Of a DNA stretch of 64,000 bases, positions 43,337 to 56,500 are shown in pieces (position 1 is the stretch's first letter; the number at the start of each line of letters is the position of its first letter). The notes beneath the pieces are model-generated. The model saw nothing but the letters and a program-made list of their open reading frames with translations, searched no databases and was not told the origin of the DNA. The stretch comes from Corallochytrium limacisporum Hawaii. Taxonomy: Eukaryota; Protista; Pluriformea. The DNA is taken from positions 1 to 64,000 of the forward strand of contig PDIP01000046.1 of assembly GCA_002811645.1 (NCBI GenBank). Reading direction: 5' to 3'. A program made the position numbers and the translations under genes.

Positions 43337-44371
43337 TCATGACCGCTTCTTCGGCTGCTGATCTTTCAGTTGCTGCTGTCGCTGCTTCATGCGCCGTTCA
43401 GCGGCAGCGGCAGCGGCTTTCCTGGCGGAGCTAAGGCCCTTGCCAGTACCTTTGGGGTCTGCCAGCAGCAGATTGTTCCGGCTGGTCTGTTCGACCACGT
43501 TAGGTAGATCGTCTGTGGTGTCTAGAGGGTCATCTATTCCTCCACCAACCGCTGTTCCTAATGGACGAGGATTGAATACATCAGAATTTGTTGATGTCGC
43601 ATTGGATCCCAACACGTGCCCTGTAGACTTGGTCCAGTCCAGCTGATCTGCCTCCTTTGTCAGTTCACTATTGAGTTTCTTGAAATCATCGTCGTGGTCA
43701 TTATACACCATATGCGTCAATTCGTGGATCAGCACCTTTTTGATAGTCTCGTAGTAGCGGAAGCCCGACAGATCATCGGTCCGCAATCGCAGCGCTATCT
43801 CCATACCTTTGCCTTTATTGTATCCCAAAATGCATACTTCACTTACGCCTACCTTACCTTCTGGCTCCATTTCGTGCAATTTACCCACAAGCCACTTCCT
43901 TTTCTTCATGACGGCTCTGATGCCGGGATCACTGTTTAGCCGCTCAAGCAAGGCCATGGCTGCATACGGAGGCGGGCTCCTGAATTTATGTAATACTTCC
44001 ATTGTCTTGAAGCCATACGTCTTCCCCCACTCTAGATCTCTATCCCGCACAGCGGAATAGATAGTTGCAGAAGCATGCGTGCGATCATAGATGTGTTGTG
44101 CTGCTTTCAGCTTAGCCTCCTTCTGTAACGTATCCTGCAGCGTACTCTGCTCGGTTGCGAATAGGCGTATCAGTCCACCATTTGCGATAACCTTTATATC
44201 ACTGATACGCTCTTCATCATGCACCTTAACACTGCCTGGAAATGCAAGCTTCACTGTTTCTACTGCTAGACTGAACTGCTCCACTAGAATCTTCTTGAAC
44301 TCGCCATATGTACATTCGCATGATACTGTCACTGAGCGTACGCTACCCTTCCAGCTAATCTTCACCTCCAT
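43337..44371 (-). CDS. Ubiquitin-like + WLM metalloprotease (Wss1-like DNA-protein crosslink protease family)
   Basis: N-terminal UBL-like segment and WLM motifs VMKKRKWLVGKLHEM, ILGYN, IALRLRTDD, HELTH, HDDDF. Confidence 0.92.
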   Translation of the reverse strand: MEVKISWKGSVRSVTVSCECTYGEFKKILVEQFSLAVETVKLAFPGSVKVHDEERISDIKVIANGGLIRLFATEQSTLQDTLQKEAKLKAAQHIYDRTHASATIYSAVRDRDLEWGKTYGFKTMEVLHKFRSPPPYAAMALLERLNSDPGIRAVMKKRKWLVGKLHEMEPEGKVGVSEVCILGYNKGKGMEIALRLRTDDLSGFRYYETIKKVLIHELTHMVYNDHDDDFKKLNSELTKEADQLDWTKSTGHVLGSNATSTNSDVFNPRPLGTAVGGGIDDPLDTTDDLPNVVEQTSRNNLLLADPKGTGKGLSSARKAAAAAAERRMKQRQQQLKDQQPKKRS

Positions 44372-45084
44372 GGTACGGGAATTCCAATAATTCTTTTAAA
44401 CCTCGCAGGGTTGAAACTACATGCGACGAGATTCCCAAACAGCACTGTTCAAACGCATTTATACCACCTCAGAATGGGCATGCAAGAAACCATCATTTAA
44501 CATCGACAGGTATGGCCTGACCGAATTCCACCTTCCGGAACATACCCTCCCACCTTCCAGGCCTAATCCTTCCGGTTTCCCCCTTTCCGGCCCGATATCC
44601 CAGAGGCTGCGGGTGGCCTAAAAGGAGACTGAAAGTCGGTGGGCACGATCAGTACTGCGCCAGAACAGGGAGAACCGTTCGAGAGGGGAAGGGGGAAGGG
44701 GGAGAAATTGCAATTGCAATATATGGGACCCGTGCAACCCCCGATCCACCAAGGTTCATCAGGACAAACAAGTCTACGCAGGGTGATCTATTGGAAGCAA
44801 GTGAAAAAGAGGAGGTACACCCGGCGGGGGCGGGGGAGGGAAAGGTGGTGGTGAAGTCTATGTGTGTCGAAGGGATGTTCGGACGGCGCGTTTTGACCAT
44901 TTGATTCGATGCTTGATCATTGCTGAAGATGAGATAGCCACAGACAAGCATGAGATGGTAAAGCACATTTGTCATGAAAAACTTTTGTGTACACTGAATC
45001 GGATATATTCTGCATTAAAGGATACTTTTGGCCAAAGGGAACGTGCTACAGTCTCCCCCCGTGAGACTGAGACGATTCCGCTAG

Positions 45085-45507
45085 TCACAAAGCCGCGATC
45101 TTCTTCTTGAGCTCGTCAGCGACAGGTCCCAGGCTAGGAGGATCCACGGACTTGGCAGGCCAGCCAATGCCGAGGCCTTCCTCACCGTTCGGCTTAGGGA
45201 TGATGTGGAAATGAACATGCATCACCTCCTGGTGAGCCAACCGACCATTATTCTGCAGAATGTTGTAGTTCTCAGCTCCCAGAACCTTGGCGATCTTACT
45301 GGCAGCGGGCATGCACTCCGCAAGATATTCGTCCGGTATGTCGGTTAGTTTTTCGCCACAGAACTTAGGAATCACCAAAGCGTGTCCCTTGGACAGCGGA
45401 TTGATGTCGAGAAAGGCAAATACCTTAGGAGTATCGATGAGTTTCGCTGAAGGGATTTCGCCCCGGATAATCTTGCAGAACAGGCAACTTGCGGAGAGTC
45501 CGGACAT
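45085..45507 (-). CDS. HINT1: Histidine triad nucleotide-binding protein (HINT1/Hnt1-like); the stop is UGA-CUAG
   Basis: CLFCKII, AFLDINP, GHALVIPK, QNNG..AHQ and HVHFH motifs. The best start is accATG at 45507; an alternative ATG is at 45519. Confidence 0.95.
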   Translation of the reverse strand: MSGLSASCLFCKIIRGEIPSAKLIDTPKVFAFLDINPLSKGHALVIPKFCGEKLTDIPDEYLAECMPAASKIAKVLGAENYNILQNNGRLAHQEVMHVHFHIIPKPNGEEGLGIGWPAKSVDPPSLGPVADELKKKIAAL

Positions 45508-45920
45508 GGTTCTTGACATAAACGTTCCTGGGTGCACAGTAGGAAACAATCAGTTGAGCGGTCGCAAGGATCTCGGCTCGCCTACCATGGAGCTCGAATA
45601 CCTCCAACAACCCAGGAAGCGGACCCATCCAAACGTGTCATCTCTGTACACAGCAATCCACAGGGTTGACAAACCTGCAAGCCACCAACTCTCGCACCCC
45701 TACACGTACCGTGACCTTCTTCCGAAACACAACCCTTCTGTGCGACCCTTCCTGACCAAACGTATCGGGGCTGGCTTATTTCCACGGTTGTGTACCCGCA
45801 GGGCAACAACAAACCTCCAAAAAGGAAACCCTGTCCTTGTCGACCCAAAACCGGACCCCTTCGTTTATAAAATTAAAAATTCATTTATAGAAATTAACAG
45901 TTTCGGCAGTCGAGAGAGTT

Positions 45921-46118
45921 GCAGCCAATCATAGATTCGCATTAGCTCGCGGGCCAATCATCGGTTTCCGTAGTTCCGACAGCCCCGCAGTGGTGTGCTC
46001 CGCCGGGTCCGGCTTTCTCTTCCACCGCCCCATTGTTGTGTTTTTCTGCTCTCGGGGAATTTCCATACATTTTGTACGACTCTGGACCGGGACTTGGTAA
46101 AATATTTCGGCGGGAAAA
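45921..46118 (+). promoter_or_regulatory. Tandem CCAAT (NF-Y-type) boxes plus an E2F-like site
   Basis: agCCAATca (CCAAT at 45925) and ggCCAATca (45954), 29 bp apart; GGCGGGAAA at 46109-46117. Confidence 0.5.
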
Positions 46119-49100
46119 TTTCCCTCCGGCCGGCAACCAAAATCACCGAGAGAGGGCAGAACACGGAGGAGCGACTTCGAAAAACAAAAGAAAGACACGA
46201 GGAAAGCAAAAAGGCACAGAGAACCCTCCCGCGGAGGGGGCCGGGGAGAGAAGCAGAGCGGACAGAGAGGTGTGCGAAGAGCAGAAGGGCAGTGTTCCAA
46301 GGCGCACGACACCTGAGGCGAATCGAACAGTAGTGAACCGCGCAGGGGCTCCGTGAGGGAAGAGAGAGGCAGAGCCTCCTCTACCACACTGTGTATTTTT
46401 CCGGCCAGTTCCAGTTCCGTATCAAGCGGTGGTTTCATCGCTTTTCATTGTTTTCTTTTATATTTTACGTGAAGGAAAATGAAAAAAGATGTGAATGCAA
46501 ATGTACAGGAAGATAACTTACCGTCGCACAAACACCCACACAGAACGTGAAAGATACATTGCCTTGGGCACCAATGAAAGGAGAAAAAAGTATCGTGAAC
46601 AAAACTATCACCAACCAAGAGAACCCACAGTAAAACAACAAAAACAGGAAGAAAGAATCAAACAGTATACTGAAAACACAGAGCAGAACCAACGCCCGCA
46701 GAACCCCGAACAAAGTATACAACTCAGAAATGGAGGATGGAGAGACAGAAAAATCTACAGGCGTCCGAAGGAACCTGTGCGGTGGGTCTTCCACGGTGCG
46801 GCACCTAGACACCCGGTTCCGTTCGGTCGAAGGGCGCGCGCCAAATGTCGTGCTTTCCGGGCAGCGTCTGCTTCTCGAAACTGATGATATGTTTCTTGCT
46901 CCTGTGGCACAGCATACTGCTGCGGCACGGCCCAACATCATCCATACCCACCAAATTGTGTTTGAGAAAGTGATTCTACCACCATGCTGGGCTGGTCCTC
47001 TTGGGGGGGGGCAACACGGTGCGCACAAAACTTGGAGGAACGAGGTTTACGCGTAGGGACCTCTCGAGAGATAATCGATCATTGTACGCAAGAGCAAAGA
47101 AACAAAGAAACGGAGGAAAAAGAAAAGGGGAGGGTCGCATACTAAAATAAAGAAACTGGGCTGACAAACCAGCCGAAGAAGTAAAGCGCAGGATAAGGAG
47201 GCTAGCCACTTTCCAGGGCGAAACAGAAAACAAAAAGGGAAGGGATTAAAATGTATTTCAAAATAGAAATCCGGAAATGGCACGCGACAGAGGTTAGACG
47301 AGGGGCCCTCGCAAGCGCGCCCTATGGTCTCTCAGTGCTGACATAATGGAATTCGGTGATGAGACGTCTTTGTTGGGCTGAACTCGTGCCTTCTCTGTTC
47401 TGCGTCCGGACAGGTTCAGCCTCAAAATCGATGGAGCCGACCTGGTCGTCCAAATTTACGTCTCTCTCTTGTCCATTTCGATTATTCTAATTCATCCTTA
47501 TCATCCGTCTCTTGTCACAATTCCATCTCCATATTAAATATACTTCGATTCTCCCTCCAAGATACGTCCTTCGTCATGTTTTCCCTTTTCATTTTTTTCT
47601 GTTTTAGTTTTCTTGCCGGGGCCACAGGGTAACTGACAGGAAAGAGAGAGGGAGCCGGGTACTGCACGCGTTTCGCGCGCGCGCTTCTCCCGTATTTTTT
47701 TCTTTGTTTGTGTTCGCTGCCATAGCGAACCGCTGCTGATACCAAACCGTATTGCGTGTGCCCAGGTTTGGCCCTTCCCGTGAAGGAGGCGAATCTTTTC
47801 CAGAAAGTTAATCGACGATGGGCGACGCACCGAAGAAACAAAAATTAAAAGGAAAGCCCTGCAGCAGACCCGAGAAACAACCTCCCCCCCTTCGATTCCC
47901 TCACCCCCGGGGGGAGGGGGGGTTGTTGGCCCAGAGAGAGAGTGAGAGAACGCGAGAGAGAGGCTGGAGGGACAGACACGGACACAGCGCACACCCGAGA
48001 ATCCTTGCGAGAAGGGGGGGTTCTCGTCCACCCACACGGCGGGCTCTCTCGTGTGTGTGTGTGTGTTGCTTTTCTTTTTTGTTTTCTGTTTTTTTTTTTG
48101 GTTTCTTGAAGAACCGAGAACAAAAGGTTTTTTTTATTTCGAAGGACCGTGGCGCCTCCAAGCCCTCTATGGCATCGCTCCCTAGGCGTATGCCGTCCTT
48201 CCCTCCAACGTTCGAATGCCTCTCCAATTTTTCTCTCTTTTTTTTTTCTGTTTGTTTCCGTCTGTTTGTAGTATCTGTTTTCCGTTGGCTCCGCAAGTTT
48301 TGTGATGGAGCGCATGGTGGGCGTTGCTTTGCGTTGCGGCGTGCAGTACTTAAAATATTGGACCGCGGTTGCGCGCGCAAAATGGGGCTGAGCCTGAGGA
48401 ATGACTAAAGGCACGCCCACTTCGCCGTTCCTTTACAAGTGAGAGACACGGGCGCAAATCGCAAAACTACGGATGTGTTATTCCAAGCACACACGCCACC
48501 CACAGAACCGATACCAACACCATTGCAAACTGCACGTTTATCTGGACCTTTCCATGGCGGTACAACGGCACACAGCAGGTGTCCGCTGCTCGCAACTGAG
48601 CATCCGCTCCATGCTTGAAACAGAAGAGCTCAGGTGCTGATCACCTGCGCTTCTCTCCCGGGTGGGCTCGGTTGGTGCTGCCCGTGTGGAGTTTTCTGGG
48701 CATGGATGATGGTGGCTTTTGTTGTTTCTTCCAGGCCATAAGGGATTCCATGCGACGGAGCCGCAACTTGCCGCACCATTCCATGGCATCAATCTTTACA
48801 TTCGAATGCGCCAGTGTCTTGGATTCACCTTCGGAGCAGTAGCAACAAATTTGCTCCCCAACGAAAAAGAACTGCCTACGTTGCGAATGCCTAGCGAATG
48901 CTTTGTGGTGAGCTCGGGGGCTGCAAAAGCTTTTGGTTGACGCAGAAGGATTCAGGTTGCGGGCTTTATGTTGTGTTTTCCCAGTCTTCTAAGTGGTCAA
49001 TGTTCGAGAAAGCCAGTACTCCAATCTACCGTCAAGGATCTTCCTTTTCGTTCATTCGACACTCATAGTGGCTAGGATCGCGTACATTGGCGCCGTGTTT

Positions 49101-49301
49101 GGCGTTCACAGTGGTTTCCACTTGGCGAACCAAACAGTAAGGATTTGAGTTTGCTTGGTGCCTAGTGACACATTAACATGCTAGACACATCTTATGCACC
49201 CGACTGGCTACTTGAAGGGGGCAAGAGAGCAATGAAGTAGAACGATGGACAGTAGACGGTAAATTCATCTGAGTGGTATCTCGGTTTGTAATACTAAATA
49301 A

Positions 49302-50124
<823 letters not shown>

Positions 50125-50512
50125 GTGATCCGGGTTTTGCTGTATGAAACTGCATGACCGGTCAGCAGAGATGAGGCAAGTGGAGCACTGTATCGCCATG
50201 GCAGAATCACTGCTGCATGTGGTGTGTGGCTGACGTAGACCTTGGTTTGCTAGGTTAGCCTTGGCAATCCATGTTCCATATCGCCACCAGTGAACTGTCG
50301 CCCCTCACTCTGTTGCGTCCGTTGTGTGAAGCATGCAGTTTTGATCTATAAAACCTGACAAATCTTAAGAAAGCAAACATCGACTTGCACCCCAACTCTA
50401 TAGCTCATTTTCTGTGTTTGTGTTTATGTTTCTATTGCTATTGGTACAGTTGCCATAGTATTCTAAAGGCAGTACCCTTTGCAGTGTTTTCTTTTTACAC
50501 TGGTGTGCACCT

Positions 50513-53500
50513 TTACACCCACGGTTCCCAGCCTGGCCATGTCCGGCCGAGAATACCACTATCCGTTGCTAGTGTAATGAGGCAGTCCAATTGCTTCACT
50601 GGTCCCAGGAAGTTTTCCGACTTGCCCTCGCGCTTCATCTGAGTCAGAAGCTCATCCAGCGGCCGGCGGACGTGATCAAAATGTTCTGCAGCATGAACAT
50701 TCTGTTTGACGAGCATCCGCGCCATACGCATTGGATGGTAGCCTTGCATCTTAAGCCTGGGCGCATCGAATCGCATTCGAACATCTTCGCTTATGGTTTC
50801 CTCGAATATCACCGTCGTGTCGTGGACCCTGGGCTCAGTGTCATTCAGCACATCGTTCGCACGGACAAGTCCCCCGTTCTGCTGTTGTCCATTGTCCGTA
50901 CTAGTCTCACTGAGACTTAAATCCTGAGCAACTCGCTTTCGGTGCCGGCCAGTGTTCTTGAAGAGAGGATCACTCGCGTACAAATCCATAATGGATAACA
51001 CGACTGTGGGATCCCGGCGGAACACTTCCAGAGTGTGACACATGGCGGGCACCAGGTATGCTTCCCGCGTTAGAGGGGCGTTCATGTGCTCAATTTGATC
51101 GGTGAACCTGAAGGGCATGAGTTCCGGCACGCCCAGATTCACTATGGCCGAGTCAAACGCGTGCCCAAAGTCAATACCAATCATGCGGCCGTCAATTTTA
51201 GACACCATCGTGTTTCCCAAATGACGATCGCCAATGCCAAGCAAGTAGTGAGCAATACACATTGTTGCATAGGAACGGCTCATCACAGAGGCTGTCATTA
51301 CGTAGGCCTCTGGACATGTCACTCCACGCCGCAGCGCACGGCGCAATAGGTTCCTTGGCATACGCTTGGTCAGGTTTTCCTGCAGGCTACGAACATCCTC
51401 ATCTGTCCGCTCCACGTAGTTGAAGAGAACGTGTTTGTTGTTCTTTCGGTGGCCCATAAAGGCTGTGTGAGCCCTCTGCGGCAGTTCTCGAGTGGCAACC
51501 TTGTGTTCCTCCTCGGTACAGTCGCTAAGAATAAAAGGCTTCAACTCCTGCACCTTGTCGATAAACTCAATGAGACCAATTTGGCTGCTGAGGGGATGTA
51601 CGGCGTAAGTTTTCAGCGTTAATCCACGCTCCCTACACAGCTGGCTGTCCTTCAGACGACTGTCCATGATCCTCAAAAGCTGCAGAATGCGCTCGTCAAT
51701 CCGCATGTCTTCACCAGCCTTGAGCAGAAAGTTATATTCCCTTTCGTCACTGCCCACAATTCCAAACTTGAAAGGTCGCATCAGACTCGGCATGAATCGC
51801 AGTCTTGTGTCAAAGCGATGTACCGTGACTATGGACCGAGGGTCGGGAACCCCAGAGGAGTGGTACTGGCCCGGGATATCAATCTTGGCTGCGAATGGGT
51901 CTGAGCCGTCGTAATTGAAGAAGCCACTCAATTGTCGCAACGAAACTGGGTCTTCCAAGCGGGCGGACCAATCCCGCAGTGCACCCAAGGCTCTAACAGC
52001 ACTGCGGAACTCCATGCCTCCTTCGATTGTGGAGGAAGGCAGTGCCGTATTGACTTGTTGCCATATCTTCTCAATGGTATCTTCCCAGAACTTAGTCTCC
52101 TGAGGGCTGACAGAGGCGGTTTTGTCTACAGTAAGCGACTCCTCAAGTTCCCACAATAGCCCCCGAAGCAGATCGAAGGGTACCCGCGCGCTCCATCGGG
52201 CCTCTCCTGTCACGCCACAATTCTTTCGGAAGTTCAACAAGGCTTCTTGCACGTGGTCCAGCCATATGCGGAAGCGATGACGTGGTCCAGAAGATCGCAA
52301 AAGCGCATGGTGGAACTGGCGAAGAATTGGGTAGATGTCAAGCTTCTCCTCGATTTCCACTAGATGCTCATCTCGATGTGGTTCACGGTTCCCTCCCTCT
52401 CCTTGGCTCCATGTCGCTTTGAAGGGGAAGAACACAGCCTGCGGATACTGCACCGCGAGGACTTTCACAACTTGGCTTACAATGTCTCTCATAAGCGGAT
52501 TTCCCAAGAGAACTATGAGTTGTGGTATCCAATCAAGGAAACGATAGGCGGGCACTTGTCGCCATTCATCAGCAAAGATCTTTCGAGACTTGGACGACTT
52601 CATGCATGTCTTCAAAAGCAAAGGGATAAATTCGTACGGAGCAACACTCTGTACACACTGACCACGTCCATGACGAGACACGCCTCCCCATTCGCCATCA
52701 CTGAACAAGGCAATGGACTTCAAGATATGGGATATCACAACCGGACCAATGTCGGCATCCTTCAGCTCGTCACTCCGGCCCTTTGTTCGACTCAGTTTGT
52801 ACCAGAAAAGGGCATACTCCATGTGAACGTCGAAGAGACTAGTTTCTACACCACCATCAACCCCGTCCATTCTGTCCTCGCCGCTCTCGCAGAGTTGCAT
52901 GCAGCGATGCCATTCGGATTTGACATGGTCAGACCAACCGGGCGACGTTAAGTTCACATCTGGGAATGTTTGATTGGCAAAAATTTTCAATGCCGCGACC
53001 TCTGGATTGATAGCAAGCGTGTTCAAGATCTTCAGAGCACTAAACAAATCATCAGCATGATCCAGTTCGCCCAGTGAGGGATATGAAACAGCTTCCAAAA
53101 GCCGACGGTAGGAGAGCTTCAAGTCATCAACAACCGCCGCGTCAACACTTACTGCACTGACAAGTGTTTGAATAAACATCAGGCCAACTCGCATTCGCGA
53201 TTGCGGTTGTGACAGTAGAAGATCCTGGTTCTGCTTGAGGATGAGTGTAACCTTGTGTACATCGGATTCCTGCGCCGCGTTCCTCATGAGAGACAAACCC
53301 AGCGCATGCTGATCCACCATAGGAAACGCTCGTTGCAGAGACTGCAGTATAAAGAGATGTCGAGCACCTAACACCTCTAAGTCCTCCTCGGATAATCCAT
53401 CTTCCTGTGTCGCCGCAACGCGAGATAAAATACCCTTGAGGACTGTGAAGCGGCGTAGCTGGTGTTGCAGTGGAAAATTTTGGTCTCTAGCATTCGCTAA

Positions 53501-56500
53501 GAAATCGAAGAAGTCAGGGGGTACTTGACGTCCACTTGACAGGCGAAACGCTTGTGTGATCATACTGGTGACATCCTCGCTCAGTTGTAAATCCATTAAA
53601 AGATGCGCTCGCTGCATCATCATGTGTGGGTGAAGACTGGTCCAAGTCTGCTGAATTCTAAGTTGATGAGTTTGGGCATGAACCTGGGCCATGCTGAAAT
53701 TCAATTTGCTCAAGTCCAACAACATCAGCTGTTCAGCAATCTCGCTTTCAGTGTAGTGCCATTGGTCAGATCGCTGGTAGGCCTCAAGAATCTTTTGGAC
53801 AGATTCCAAAACTCTTGTGTTCTTGCCACCCATGAGGCGGTACATTGCGCCAACGTAGGTGAAATCTGGAAGCAGCTCAGGTCTGTCAAAGATATGTTTC
53901 TCTGGATCTGCCTGATTTGCCAAATACTTTGTGAGCTGGAACCACTCACCAAGATCCTTCATACCAGAGAGCACCTTGTCTTCGATGTAGTCGATTTCTG
54001 CTGTCAAGAACGTTGTGTCAGATTCGGCCTTGTTTAAAGCTTCTACCCATTTGTTGTGAGCCTTGCACAAATGATTTCGATTCTCAAATCCAATGGCATC
54101 TTTCGTGGCCTGGTGTGTAGTCGCATCCTGAACATGAAACAGGCTTTGGACAACGTCAACTTCGTCCACATGTTGATAAAACGCAGCAAGCTGGACGTAC
54201 TTATCAGCTACGTGTGACAGCGATTCCTCCTTTTTGCGACGTTTTGGTTCAGGCTTGTCAGTCGGAGACTGCTGTAAAAGGCTTTCTTCAAGAGCAAGGA
54301 TACATGAGGCTCTGCTTCCTGCATTATTGGCATGACTAAACTGCAGATCACCGCGGATAAACTTCGGATAGTCAGCCGCAAGTTGAGCCATAGGACCTGG
54401 AACAATCTGATCAGTCGAGTGAACTGTTGATAGGACGTCCTTGATGGTACGGGCCAGTTCAAGAGCTCTTCCATTCAGTACACTGCCATCATTCTCACCA
54501 GCCTTCAAAACAGCTTTGCAAATTTCAACAAACAAGATTTGCGCGATTACTGGATCTTGTTGACAAAGACTTTGCAAAGGTGCGATCATGTTCCGATGAG
54601 GAATGGACTCATCCGGAAAGTTTCCGGCTGAGTAGTCACCGAACACTGTGATCCGGTTGTGTTCACCACGTTTCATTGCCAGACGCAACAAGATTCGCTG
54701 GTTTCGTCGTCTTATTGCTAGTCTAGAATGTAGTCTACTGTCGTGGTCGCGCTTTGAAGTCTTCACCAGGTCGCCCTCCCCATCAAGGTTCATATCATTC
54801 TTGTGCGAAAAGGTGTTCGAGTAAATGGATCGCAATCGATCGCTCCCAAGACTTCGGCTGAGTACGTCTTCCCTCTGGTTTGAGTTTGAGGCCCCGCCGA
54901 TATTCCCAAGACTTACATTTGTCATGGAACCAAAGATTCCAAACGAACCCGTCGCTGTGTTTAGGGATGGTGTGTTCGGAAGCAGCGGCACCATCTTCAG
55001 GGTATTTTGTTGGCTAAATTGCTGTGACATTCCAAAAGGAGCGAAACTATTCAGAAGTGTTCCGTTGTGTACGTCATGCAAGGACCTCATGGCGCGCCCA
55101 TGCTCGCTGTGTGAGTCCATGATGCCATCTGCGATGGCTTTTGCATACTTGCTGCTGTGCTGGCATACTGCCAATGCTTCGTTGATCACACTTGCTATAT
55201 ACGTGTCGCTCATCGAAGGCAAGTAAAAGGTACTCATACTAGTCTGCAATCTGTGGGGAAGGGTCTTCGGGAGTTGTCTATGAAACCATTCATAGGCATC
55301 AAACCTTACATCAGTGTCGTCGTCACGGAAGCTTTGAAGCAAGTCCTGCCAAATGACGGCCTTGATGCCAAGGCAAGTATCGTAGAGTGTCTGCAGAATC
55401 TGATAATGCAACTGTCGGCATCTCTGTGATGGGTGCTTCGGAAACGTGGTTCTCATGATCTTCAGCAGTTCGGGTAGGGACGGCCATGCACCAAGTGGAC
55501 TCACTCTAGCTGAGTCTTCGTCATCCATCATGTCCTCGTTATCGACTGGTGGCTGAGCAGCGCGCTTGAAGAAGACAAGTAGGGCGTGTTGCATTCCATC
55601 GTTCTTGATCTCCAGAACTTTCAGTAAACCTTTAAGACGAACAGTTTCCAAGACCGGCTCTCGATCAAAGCAATTGGAGAAAATGAGAACTGCCTTCTCT
55701 CGACCCCCGCTGCTGGCAATCTTTGAGTAGCTTTCGTCCACGAGTACAAAGAGGTTGTGGGTCACCATCTTTGGAATACGCTTGGACATAAGGTGCACGA
55801 TCTCGACAAAGCGGTCTGGATCCTGAATGTAACGTGGGGTGGGACGTCCGGTCTGCCAAGATGCTGTGAACCTCGTAATCAACTCCAGCGCAATACCCCA
55901 TCGATCTGTGTCGTCGAGCATGCGGAGGAAGGCTCCACAGGCTTCTGCCGCAGCCTTGTATACGACTTTTGAAGATGCCAAGAGTTCATCAAAAGTTTTC
56001 ATAAGGCTACTTAGGATTTCTTCCAGACTGACAACATGGAAACATTGATTGGTGAAGAAGCAGTCTAGAACATTCAATGCAGCCACGTTTTCAAGCTTTG
56101 TCTGCGGCTTGTCTGGCTTGAAATTGTCCTTGACGTCAGCCCACGTTACTCGGACACGTCCTCCCCAACGTTCCATTACTGCACGCAAGGTTTCCAGTCG
56201 TTGCGATAGAAGCCTTTGGTTATTGATGAAAAAGTTTCGACTGTAGTATCTCACCACATCCTGCGCAACATGATCTTCCGGCACATAGCCCCAATCGAGA
56301 AGTATCAAGAGCAAGTCCATTGCTAGCAATGACAGTGAAAGCGGCAAGAGTTTCGACCGTAACAAGAACTGACTAATACGTTCACCCCACTGAGAACTAT
56401 GTGACCGAAAGTACGAGCTTCTGTGGCGAACCAATTTCGCAATATAAAACATGGCCGGGGAGTCCTGATTCAAAGCCAAGTCAAAGGCCTCAAGCAATTT

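Noticed and set aside
40533-45507. ITPA, nucleotidyltransferase, WLM protease and HINT as a nucleotide-housekeeping cluster
   Set aside because: No shared pathway or regulatory motif is evident; adjacency is expected in a gene-dense genome.
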